In this document: piece after piece, positions 52,488-64,000 of the stretch | Layout of the letters: the number at the start of each line of letters is the position of its first letter | Position numbering within the stretch: the stretch's first letter is position 1 | Origin: the human T2T-CHM13v2.0 reference genome, Homo sapiens | DNA: 64,000 bases | NCBI RefSeq assembly: GCF_009914755.1 | Contig: NC_060930.1 | Reading direction: 5' to 3' (one strand) | Notes under the pieces: generated by a model | Database searches by the model: none | Told to the model about the DNA's origin: nothing | Seen by the model: the letters and a program-made list of their open reading frames with translations, nothing else | Program-made: the position numbers and the translations under genes

Positions 52488-55400
52488 GTCTAGAATCACA
52501 TTAAAATGGGTATACCTTTAAAGATTTGAGTTTTTATATCAAAAAATGATTTTTTTTTTCAATTTTAAAGGGAGCATTCATTCAAAACAAATGTCTTACT
52601 GGTACTTATGGTAAAATAAAATTTAAAAGAGGGCATAAAAGAGTGTCAAGTCTAGTCTAAGCAAACAAACAAAAGTCAGACTAGACTTAAGACCAACGTT
52701 AACATCTACATCTGCTATAAATTCCTCCTTACCTACCTATAGTCTCCTTTACTCCCAACTGCCTGATGTTGATCTACCAGAAGATCTTCCGATCTCTGGG
52801 TCCCTGACTTAAACATCTTTCCTCAAAATCCAGTCTCAACCTCTGAACAAATTCCTTTAATCCTAAAACTCCTCCAACTTCCCCAGGAAATCTTTTAAAT
52901 GCCCAGCTGCCTACTAACTTGCCTTCCTCTGAAAGATTTACAGAAAGTACTCCAGCCTGATATCCAGGGCCGGGGTGTATAGGTTACTTGTGTAAATACT
53001 GCCAACCAGGAGATAAACAGAACACTGTCTCAGGGAACTGGCAGCCAGGCTGGCTTTGCTGTACCTACACTCCACCTACTTTCCAGAGCTCCATCATCAA
53101 CTCCTTCAGCTCCAGGCCTTCTTATATTTTGGGCCTCCATTACAAAAATATTCCTTAAGACTGTCCTGTGCTCAAGGAAAAGAAAAACTTAAAAAAAAAT
53201 ACCCTGGATCTTTCATAATAGGCAAATATGCCCTAAAATGCCTTCTTGGAGAAAACTTCCGTCCTTTCTCAGTCTCTCAGAGATGTGAATCTCACCATGT
53301 CTTTGAAATTTAAACCTTCAAGGAGTTAACTAAAACAACCCCCACATACATTTGAGACTAAAGAAAAAAAGGCAGCCCAGAGGGAGAAGAGTTTGTTTTT
53401 GTTTTTTTAAACACACTGCTATAAAAACTCCTTTACCCCAAATTTCATCCATACCCTCCATAAGATTATCTGCAAAGGGCAAATGAAAAATTTTAAGTCT
53501 TCCTCAGAAATACCAGTAAAAAGTTTGGCCAGCTAAACAGGTAACCTTAATTTATTCTATCTGCCAAATACACAATTTGCATTCAACTATTCTTTTACAA
53601 ATTAGCGAGTTTTATATTATTGTGCCTGTCTCATGGCTAAAACTTTAAAATGAAAGCTATATGATCTCTGCATCTGTCTATGTTTATGTACATCTATGTG
53701 TATGTGTGTGTGTATATACGTATACATTTTTTTTCTACCTTTGGACGGTATTGTCAAAAGTAATTCATAAAAGAGCACTATTTAATTGGCTTACAGAAAA
53801 AGAAGCACTTACACAAATTAAGAATTCCAAAAACTCTCAGAAGTATAGAAACTAACCCAAATGGTTTTCAAGTTCATGTGTCTCAGGTAAATCTGGGATA
53901 TGATTAGTTTAACATTACTGATTTAATAAAAATAGGCATGACTTCAGAGTTGTCAACAGTAAGTATAATGCAGACATACAACCCTTATGCTACCTGGGTT
54001 TACTAATCAAATAAGTATCTCTGCTAGACATTTAAAATTAAAGACCTAGGAGTTCATCCCCAAATCAAACGTGCAAGTCGAAGTACAGTATCCATTATTC
54101 CATGTATATTAAGCACAGCAGGAAAAGAAAAACATGTATTTAACTTTTGAGTTCTTGTGCTGCTTGCCTAACCTGCATGTGTTGTAAAAATAGTTAACAG
54201 TAAAATAAGATGATGACTAGATGTTTAATGGCTCATGAATTTTCATAAGCAATCCAAGCATAATTGTTAATAACAAGTACATTAAGTAAATATTAGTGGG
54301 ATAAAATTTATAAAGTCTTCAATAATTACTATGTTTTATGTTTGTAAAAAAAAATTAGTTACCCAAATCTCTTTGGTATAGCTTACATCCTTGGGGTTTT
54401 GCTAAGTTAAATAATAAATAGTCACTGAATATCTAGATCATTTCCAAATATACTGAAACATTAACTTATGTTTCACAGACTCATATTGCTGAACATAACC
54501 TTATCTACCTTGGCTTCTTAAATTTTACAGAGAAACAAATCACCTGTTCTTATTGTCACATTAAGAAAACTATAAAAATATGCTTCTAGAAGTCATGAAA
54601 TGATGTTAATCTACAAAATGTTGGTATATGACAGGTCATGGCTGCTTTGTAGTTTTCATAAGAAATTAATGTTACTAAGGATTAAAAGTTCTAATATACA
54701 TATATTTAAAACTACTAAAGATAAGGGAAACAACTTTGTATGCAAAATATACAAGGAAAATAAGATGTAGTTTTGGTAAGCAAAGTTATGAGGAATGAAG
54801 ATGTGTTTTCGTTAAGGGAAAAAATAATTAAATCTGTACTAAAGTAGAATGACAGACTGTTTTATAATGAAAAAGGAGAACGAAGAACAAAAAAATGAAT
54901 GAATGTAGAAGCTTGCAGAAGGAGAGAGAAAGAGAAAGTGAGAATGCACGAATATCTTGTGTGTCTAAGCTGTCTAAAACAGAATATGTTTATTTTAAGA
55001 GTTTTAAAAATGAGCCTTAATGTCAAAAGTACAGTGGACAAAACTAGAAACTGGTTTTCTCTCTTAAAACAACAAAGCTTTCTTGGAGCATCGGTCTGCT
55101 CTTGATAAGAGATTATAAAAGATTTTCTTTACCTTTAAGTTAATTTATGTAGAAAGCAAAGATTTTGTGTTTTAGTAAAATAACTTCCTGTGTTTCCTAT
55201 GGTCTCTATCAGTTCTTTGATTACTTAGGAAAACTGAGTTTTCTCACTATGCGACTTTCTGTATTTGCCTTTAGAATCTTTTAATAATCACTTTGGATAA
55301 CTAAGTATTGTTTCATAATGACCTGTGATCCTATTTAATCAAATGTTTTAAACTTTTTGATATTTTTGACAACTTCCTCAAATCAAATTATAAATTATTT

Positions 55401-57982
55401 TGACCTCAAACTAGCTTTGGGATGTTCCAGAGGGCCCTGGAAAATCTCAAAAGAATGTTCTTTCTCCTTTTACAAATAGAGATGTCAAAGTAATTAGGCT
55501 TATTTGACGTGATAAATTGTACAGGAATCATTGTCAAATAAAGACAATGTTTAATCTTCTTTGAGTTATTTTTGTATGGATACGTTATTAACAAATGTTC
55601 CAGAAGTTGTATACAATTCCTAAAAATCTGGTATGTCTTGGTATGATGTTATCAGTAATAATGCTAGTTAATATCTTAATGTTGTATTGTCACAAAAATA
55701 ACCAAATTTCCATATCAAGTGCATTATAATGAACTCTCATCAGATGTTTAACTATGGCTAGTTTAAAGTCTTATCATCCACAGATAGTTAATTGTTTTAC
55801 TGTTACTTTCCTAAGAGCTTTTGTAAGCAACTATAAATACAAAGTGTTTTTCTTCAGAAAGATTCATGGAAAGCACTCTGACAAATACAGGCTTCTGATA
55901 ACTTCAAGATCATACCATTTGGCCAGGTAAGAATTTTTCAGAATTCTAATGAAAAGATTGATTGGTTCACAGAAGTGCTAACCCAACATCAAGCAGAACA
56001 AGAATTAATTACATGGGACTAAGTAAACTGATGAAGAATTCTTTTTAGGGACTGTCTGTTTAAAACACTGCTGATTCTTTAATATTCTGTAGAGAACTTT
56101 TTCTCTTAAGCTATCCATAGCTTAGAGCAATTTGGTAAATTATACTTTTGTAAACAGAATTGAAATATTTATCTTTTTTTCCTCTATCTCTCCAGAAACC
56201 ATTAGCTGAGTATTCTTATTTTCACAGGGACATAAATATTTGCATAAGTTCAGTAAGAATCTGTTCTCTTTGTAACACAACTGGAAACATCAGTTATACT
56301 ATCAAGGCTTTGATTGGAATGTCATATTTCAGAATGTGCATGGAATCAGATATAATCGGACAACTTAAAAAAATACATTGACTTTCTGACGCCAATAAAG
56401 TCCCTTGGAAAAAACTGGCTTGGTACCTTACATACGAGGTTTCCTTATAGATGAGTAAGAAATGTCACTTCCTGGCAAGCCCAGGAGCCTCACAATATTT
56501 GGGGGATCTCTAGAAGAGAAAGGAATTTACCTGGATCTATTGGTATTGCAGGCAAAATCTGATGGCAAGCCTTTGGCATGCGTTTCTAGCCTGGAGATGC
56601 CAATAAAGGGCCAATCTGAGAATCCTTATTAAAAGTTCCAGCAAAACAGACTTATAAAAGAGCCTATATGATTAATCACTATTCTTGCTGCACTTTTTAT
56701 GCAAATAACCAAGCCAAGTTTAATGAGACTAGACTTATTTTTGCCATTGGTCTTATTGTGATTATCTCTGATAGAAATGAGGGTGACTGCAGAGAGAAAA
56801 ATACTGTGCTTCATTAGAAAACTGTAACACACCCTTGTAGATATCAGATTCTAGCCTTGTTTTTTTATCTCTGGGGTTTTGTTATTTACATGTAATCTGG
56901 TCTAGATCTCTGTCTATAATTCTCCAAACTAGTATTTCAAATTTTTCTCCTACCCTCCTGCCTTGGAATCACTAAAACATTTAACTGCCCTTTTCCTGAA
57001 ATCTTAATAAGCTGAAGCTGAATGACTTGATATAAACTGCAGAGAGTCACCACAACAGCTAATATACGGACAATTTTCATGCCTATTGCTGCGTGTCTTA
57101 TAACTAGACATACTCAAACTGTAAAAAATGCTTTGAGCCCAACATCTAGAACTCTTGACTAGCTGCTCTTAGATTCAGAAATTAGTATACAGACTACTCC
57201 TACCATTAACTTTTGTTTTTCTTTTGTTTCCATAGAAATGCCTCTTATTAGATCACCATATAGAGGCCTAACTTTGATGAGAGCTCACCTGCAATATCTC
57301 CTGAAATGAGACACAACTGCTTAATTGAATTGACCTATTCTCAGCACTAAGACAATGATTTGATATGGGGCAATGTACTTAAATTTGTTCAGCTGCACTT
57401 GTTCCAATCTATGTTTTCCTCTTCCTTTGCCAATCCCTGATCTCACAATCTCTAATCCAAATCTCTTCAAAGCTACCAACTTGGAGAGTTCTAAGCCACC
57501 ATTTTGAGTTACTTTGTGTTGTGGTTTCTCCTGCATTGTGTGCTGCACGTATTAATAAACTTGTTTTTCTCTTATTAATCTGTCTTTTGTTATGGGGTCT
57601 GTCTCAACTAAAAACTCATGAGGGTTGAGGAAAAAATTATTTTTCCTCCCTGACAGTACTTTACTTAACACAGAAATGGACTTCACTATTCAATTTTGTC
57701 TCCTGAAGAAAACAAACAGAAAACCCAAACATCTCCCGTCCCATTTTCCCCACTACCCACAAAATCTCAACAGCAAATAAAACATAGACAACTTAATGAC
57801 TTAATATCTGAACTTCACCTGGGGAAAGCAGATTTTACATAAGCACGCTGCTAATATTTTCTTGACGTGATACTTTCAGGTTATATCTATTTGTACATTT
57901 AGGTAAAAAATTTATAAATATGAATATGATTGAAATGCCTAAGAAAAACTTATTTTAGCCCAATATTTTGGCCATTTCTTAC

Positions 57983-58081
57983 CTCTTTCTGTAGAATTTC
58001 TTCTCGAACTTCAGAAACTACGAGAGACTCTTGTTTACTCTGCAGCTCATTAACTTGACTTTGGAAATGTCTTATAAGTAC
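57983..58081 (-). CDS. CEP162: CEP162 coding exon (99 nt)
   Basis: AG/GT boundaries; VLIRHFQSQVNELQSKQESLVVSEVREEILQKE; phase 0 at both ends. Confidence 0.92.
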
Positions 58082-58159
58082 CTAGGAAATTGTTAGAAGT
58101 GCTGAGTTAATAAAGCTCCTCCTTGAACACTATCTGAAAAATATAAGAAAGCCAACTCA

Positions 58160-58935
58160 CAAAAGGGAACTCTTATATACTGTTGGTGGGAATGTAAGTA
58201 AGCACAGCTACTATGGAAAAAAATTATAGAGATTTCTCAAAAAACTAAAAATAGAATTACCGTATTATCTAGCAATCCCACTACTGGGTATCTATCCAAA
58301 GGAAAAGAAATTTGTATATCAAACGGACACCTGGCACTTGCATGTTTATTGCAGCACTATTCACAATAGCAAAGATATGGAATCAATCTAAGTTCCCATC
58401 AACAGACGAAAAGAAATGTGATATATATACCCAATGGAATACAATTCAGCCTTAAATAAGAGGGAAATAATGTCATACGCAGTTAAATGGATGGAACTGA
58501 AGGTCATTATGTTAAGTGAAGTAAGCTAGGCACAGAAAAATACTGCATGTTCTCACTCATGTATGAGAGCTAAAAAACTTGATCTCATGAACACAGAGAA
58601 TAGAACAATAGATACCAGAGATGGGAGTGGGGGGTTGGGAAGGATGAAGAGAGGTTGGTTATGGGTACAAACATACATACAGTTAGATAGATGAAATAAG
58701 TTCTAATGTTTAATAGCAGACCAGGGTGACTGTACTTGGCAACAATATTATGTGTATTTCACGGTAACTAGAAGAGAGAGTTTGAAGTGATACCAAGACA
58801 TAAAAATGATGAACACTCAAGGTGACAGAAATCCCAATTACCCTGACTTGATTATTACACATTCTTTGCATGTAGCAAACACTCACATGTATCCTATAAA
58901 TATCTAAATCATTATATATCAATAAAAGGGGGGGA
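58160..58935 (+). mobile_element. L1MA 3' fragment
   Basis: End of ORF2 plus 3' UTR 'gatctcatgaacacagagaatagaa...ccctgacttgattattacacatt'. Confidence 0.8.
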
Positions 58936-59575
58936 AAATAAATATGAACATTTTTCATGACTAGAAAAAGTCCTTTTAAAATAAAGCTCTATAAAGTCTA
59001 CACATTTGGAAAAAGGTAGACAATATTATCTTTATACTCTGTGGTTAAGTATGATAGTTTTTATTTAAGAACTATGGCTTAAATATAACATAAGCCTCAT
59101 AATATCTGTGAAATAAATGTCAGTCTCATATCTTTAGGTAAACTGAAATATATGAACAGATACTTCCATCAAGAAACTAAGAGAAATTGGGAAAAATTTA
59201 TCTTATCTCTAATGCTGTATTTTTAATGATCAGACTATGCTGATTTCTCTTTAACTCAATTTTACAATATTACATTTATAACGCTGGGAAAATAACATTT
59301 ATGGCACTATGGCATCATGATACTACTTTTCCTACCTCTTCCAGACTATTCCTTAATACAAAATCACTTGATAGAATGCTTATAGTTGCCCTCTGACACC
59401 CTATTCCTATGGAGGATAAGGCCAGAGAGGTTCTCTGTAAGGCTGTATGGATTGTTACTTACGAAAGGCACTTTAAGTATTTTTCATTAACGTAGTCAAA
59501 TAGTCCTTTTTTTTCTCAGCGATCTGAAGTTAAGTTACAGACTTCATTACATTTTGCCCCTAAATACTTCAAATG

Positions 59576-59910
<335 letters not shown>

Positions 59911-60857
59911 TTAGTATCTAATAGCCAGTCCATATTCAAACTTCCCGAATTGAGGAATTTATTTTTAATTAAGATGGTATTAAATAATTACACTTGGTGA
60001 GATAATTCTTTCTTGATGTTTTTCTCCCTGACCTTCTTTCTTAAAATTGAAGCCTACAGACAAGATGAACACAATAAACATTCATATATTTTTCAACTTG
60101 ATAACCCAAAAGGTGGCTGATTTGCCACCTTTTTCTTTTTCTTGGATATACCATTTGAAAGTAGATTGTAGATAAAAGTCCTATTTTAATGCTATTTTTA
60201 TAAGTGACAAACAGTACAGAAGACAGGCCACATGGTAATGCTCATAGATATTCTAAGTAGATATACCTATTTTTCAAAAAGGAAGACACATTTATTTGAG
60301 GAAATGCTGATGAGTTGGCAGCATTCCCTATAATAATTCTTAGAAGACTATGCTCCATCAGAGCAAGAGCTGTGTATCTCTCTTTTCATTATTTTATTCC
60401 AGTGCCTGATTGTCTATTGACCTGAATCATTATTTGTTAATAAAAGGTCATGGGGCAGGAAGAATGCCTAAGGATAACTGTCAGCTGGGACTTGGGGACT
60501 CGGTTCAACATCCAAGTTCAAGTACTAGGGTCCTAATCATGTTAGACATATACCTCACCACCTGTGACAAATTTAGAGACTTATTTGAGAAGTATAGGGA
60601 CAAACTGTAAAAATATTTATTTATATGGTGTAGTTTTAAAGTAGAAAAATTAAATATATAGTATTATCTTCTTTAAAAAAATTAAATATATAGTATTATC
60701 TTCTTTAAAAAAGAAATCAAGCCAATAATAGTTTCCCATTTCTATCACCAAGCTGAAAAAGTTAAAACATTTCCAAATAAAACAATGTTAACTTTAATCT
60801 CATTAAAGTCAAAACGAGTTTATTCAAGTCAAAAGATAAAACAGATTTGTCATCTAC

Positions 60858-60999
60858 CTCTTGAGTTGCTATTTTACGATTTAGTTCAGCTACTTTGGAA
60901 GAAGAATTTTCTACTGCATTTTGGCAAAGGAGTTTCTCTATTTCTCTCTGATGAGATGCTTTGAGGGATGCAATGTGTGCTGCAGTATCTTCCTTGACC
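60858..60999 (-). CDS. CEP162: CEP162 coding exon (142 nt)
   Basis: AG/GT boundaries; one base, then VKEDTAAHIASLKASHQREIEKLLCQNAVENSSSKVAELNRKIATQE; completes the AG|G Arg codon from the upstream exon. Confidence 0.93.
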
Positions 61000-62129
61000 C
61001 TACAGAGCAAATGAAAGAAAACCACACATAAAAGTGGCTCTTCAACCTCTAATTCAGAGTTAGCACAAAAACAGTAGAAGAAACCTGGGAATTAAGCAAG
61101 GGGAAAATGGGCACCAATATTAACTGCACTGTGTTAGGTGCTTTATACATTACTACTGCCTATGAGTTCTTATGACCAATCCATGAGCTACTATTTACTG
61201 AATTTTATAAGGGCAAACTTGAGGAAATAGTGATATATCTCTACTTTACCCCAACCTGAGGCTACACTTTCTGAGGGAATCTAGGGTTCCAAAAGCAAAG
61301 CACTTGACATTTGATCTTTTAAGATAAACTCAGATTTCTTGCCCAGATGCTTCTTTGGAAAATCACAGCTGTTCCCTTTAGAATCTCCAATGCCTTGTAG
61401 GCAGCATTAACCAATTTTCAACCCATGCATGAGACTCCAGGGCTAGTTGCATATTGTGAGAATGAGACAATCTTTATGGTAATTCTCAGGACATATTATG
61501 CTTGTAATATGCAATTAATTAATTGGACTGTAAGTGTGAAAGACTATTCATTTGTCTCTGTGATAAAATTTATTCAGAGGCAGTTCAGTAAATGGTTAAA
61601 ATTATAAATAAAGATTTGGTATATTTCCTACAGATAAACATTTTCTCTCTTATTGGAAAGACTTTGAAAATAACAGCATTTAACTTAAAGCATGTATTTT
61701 AGTAAACTGCTGTTGCTATATATTAATATGGTGCTTCCCAACTATAGACAAATTTATCCATTGCTTATTTCACCATATGAATATTTCTCCATGGAAACAG
61801 TGTGAGTAGGGTCCTAGAAAAAGCATAAAAACCTAAATTAAAGCACATATAACTGAATGATAGTAAAAAGTCTAAATATTGGACTAGAAAAGTTTATTCT
61901 TCACTTCTCAGGCCCAGACTTATCTAAGAAACAGATTGACAATATTAACAAATTTTAAATGATGTACAGGAAAATTAATTGGAAAACCTGAATTTTAAAT
62001 TCTTTCCTGGAAAAAATGTGATTCTTCTTAAAGAGCTTCATGCTACTGTCATAATATTCAGGACTTAAGAAACAAGCTTTCCATTTGGTAGCAATATGAC
62101 TGCCATATGGTAACAACATGACTCACTCA

Positions 62130-63450
62130 CTGCCATGGCTGCCAGTCAATAAGCATTTGTTGGGTGTTTCCCATGCTCATTCTCCTCCTACAGCACATTG
62201 CTGTGGGGATGCAAAAGCAGCATAATCTTACACCAGTTCTCAAGGAACTACAAGGCTGTGTATGATTAATCCTTTCTTGGTACATATTAGTAAGTTATGT
62301 AGGAGTTGGGGGTAGGAGAAGGCAATTTCCTGGGAAGTTCCACGAAATGTTTTGTGAAGGTAGTACTTATAACAAGAATGAGGAAAAGGCATGAGGAAAT
62401 GTGACAGATTAGGTAAGTAGAGTAGTATTAGAATAGTGATGAGACTTGAGATGCTAGGCAGAGAAATTTAGTCTTGATATTTAAGGAAGTTGAGAGTCAC
62501 CGGAGAGCAGAGTGACCCAGGTATATGAGTATTTAAAGAATATTAATGATTTTTAAGCAAGATGACTGGGGAAGGTTAAAAAAAAGGAAGATTGGAGTGG
62601 GAAAATTGTATAATGGCAGCACTGGTTTATAAAAGTAAGGAAGACTGGAAAATGGGAAACATTTATACCCAAGGAATAACAGAGATAAAGCTGGGCTGGT
62701 AATTAAAATAAATATAGACAGGGAAGGGGAGCTTGGGAAGGGGAACTAATTTACAGGTAAAAAAAGGAAACTTGAGGTATTAGTGATTCCAAGAGAAGCA
62801 ATCCAATAAATAGTTCTAGGTTTCACATCTGAACTCAGCAAAGAGAACAAGACTTTAAAAGTAAATCTAGAAGTCATGGTTCACAGAAACCGTAAGAATG
62901 GGTAAGTTTAGCAACAGAGAAAGAACAGAGAATAAACAGAAAACTAAGAGCTGAATGCTGGTAGAAAGCCAGATTTTTGGGGATGGAGAAGGAAGAAGGG
63001 TCAGAATTCAGTAAAAGAAACAGAAAAGGAGTTTTGGTCAGAGCAGCCAAGCCACAGAGGTTAAGGGGAGAAGCCATTTCAGGAAAAGTAGTGTGGTCAA
63101 CATTGTTGAAGAAAATGAGGAAGGAGAAAATGCCCCTGGACTGGGAAAGCTCATTATTGAGACCAGGTTTAAAAAGGGTGATGATGAGAGCCATATTTAA
63201 GAGGAAGTGAGATAGAAATAAAAGAAAATACTATTTGTGAAAAACGGGTGCTAAAAGACAGGATTGGATTGGAACCTGATCAGGTGAAAAAAAGATCTGA
63301 GGATGTCAAAAGACTCAGAGGAAAGAGACAGTGGATAGCAAATGGAGATAGTGAGAAGGAAATGGATGAGTATAAAGTTCCTTAAGGCATGAATGGATGT
63401 GATCACAAGGTCAATTTGAAGAGTTATTTTTGAAAAGAGGACCTTTTCCT
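62130..63450 (-). mobile_element. Degenerate L2-like fragment(s)
   Basis: Purine-rich sequence with antisense L2-like motifs; highly diverged. Confidence 0.45.
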
Positions 63451-63840
63451 TTTAGACTGCCAACTAGCTTTAACAATAACTGTTTTCTGAAAGCAATCTG
63501 TCTATAGCAATAATAAACTATGACATTCCTTTGCTAGAAGAGCCCAAAGAGTCAGCTTATTAATACCATTTGGGTACATGCCAAAAGGCAAGACTGGCGA
63601 GCCCAAGGACACAATTTGGGTTGACACAGATGTTCAGGTACATCAGAATTTGGGCCACCAGCAGGTAGAAGACCCTATCCTGAAACAGACACATGCTCAG
63701 CAATATAATATAATTTATTAATATTCACTTATGAATTCAGTTCGGGGTCAAACTAATTATCTGGAGGAAATATATCGTATAATTTTTCTATTTTTATCTT
63801 TTTATTTTTACAAATATTTATAAATAATTTAACATTTTAC

Positions 63841-64000
63841 CTTCTCATGGAGTTTTCAAATTGATTCATCACTGCTTCAGATTTCATCTTCAGTTCATTC
63901 TTCTCTGAAATTAATCCTTCTAGCTCATTTTTTAATCTGTAGTTTTCTTGTAAAACTTCTGAAACATGGGAATCAGTGAAAGTATGTGGTTGGTACAGCT
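63841..64000 (-). CDS. CEP162: CEP162 coding exon (continues beyond the window)
   Basis: LYQPHTFTDSHVSEVLQENYRLKNELEGLISEKNELKMKSEAVMNQFENSMR, then AG|gtaaaa donor; phase matches the next exon. Confidence 0.92.

Larger units (their letters stand above)
50390..57655 (+). mobile_element. MER34-like ERV1 provirus: 5' LTR to 50823, non-coding AT-rich internal region, partial 3' LTR 57486-57655
   Basis: About 170-bp direct repeat (50657-50823 vs 57486-57655) ending 'cctgaca', with AATAAA and 'ttaatctgtcttttgtta'; TGG PBS-like motif after the 5' LTR; no long ORFs; left boundary approximate. Confidence 0.75.

Noticed and set aside
50824-57485. Domesticated MER34 env (HEMO-like) gene
   Set aside because: No ORF of 100 aa or more and no env motifs; the internal region is AT-rich and decayed.

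Overview
Primate (almost certainly human) genomic DNA spanning two convergent genes. The terminal coding exon and 3' UTR of MRAP2 lie on the + strand (387 to about 2180). The last five coding exons of CEP162 lie on the - strand, from 64000 down to the stop at 36366. The roughly 33 kb between them and the 20 kb CEP162 intron are mostly nested, decayed transposable elements: Alu, L1PA/L1PB/L1M, L2/MIR, MaLR (MLT1, MST, THE1), a disrupted HERV-L/MLT2 provirus, ERV1 (MER34-like, MER89-like) and hAT/Tigger MITEs. Almost all ORFs in the track are TE remnants or spurious. I found no intact novel protein-coding system. The most unusual signals are structural: (i) an MLT1 provirus with two inverted U5 ends inside a clean 5-bp TSD; (ii) a gamma-type env TM fragment joined to HERV-L RT, although HERV-L has no env; (iii) an L1 carrying two different tandem 5' UTRs inside one TSD, with an open ORF0 frame; (iv) an L1 whose ORF1 start is joined to mid-ORF2; (v) a 22-bp-stem intronic hairpin. 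TE subfamily names come from recalled consensus motifs and need RepeatMasker/Dfam confirmation.
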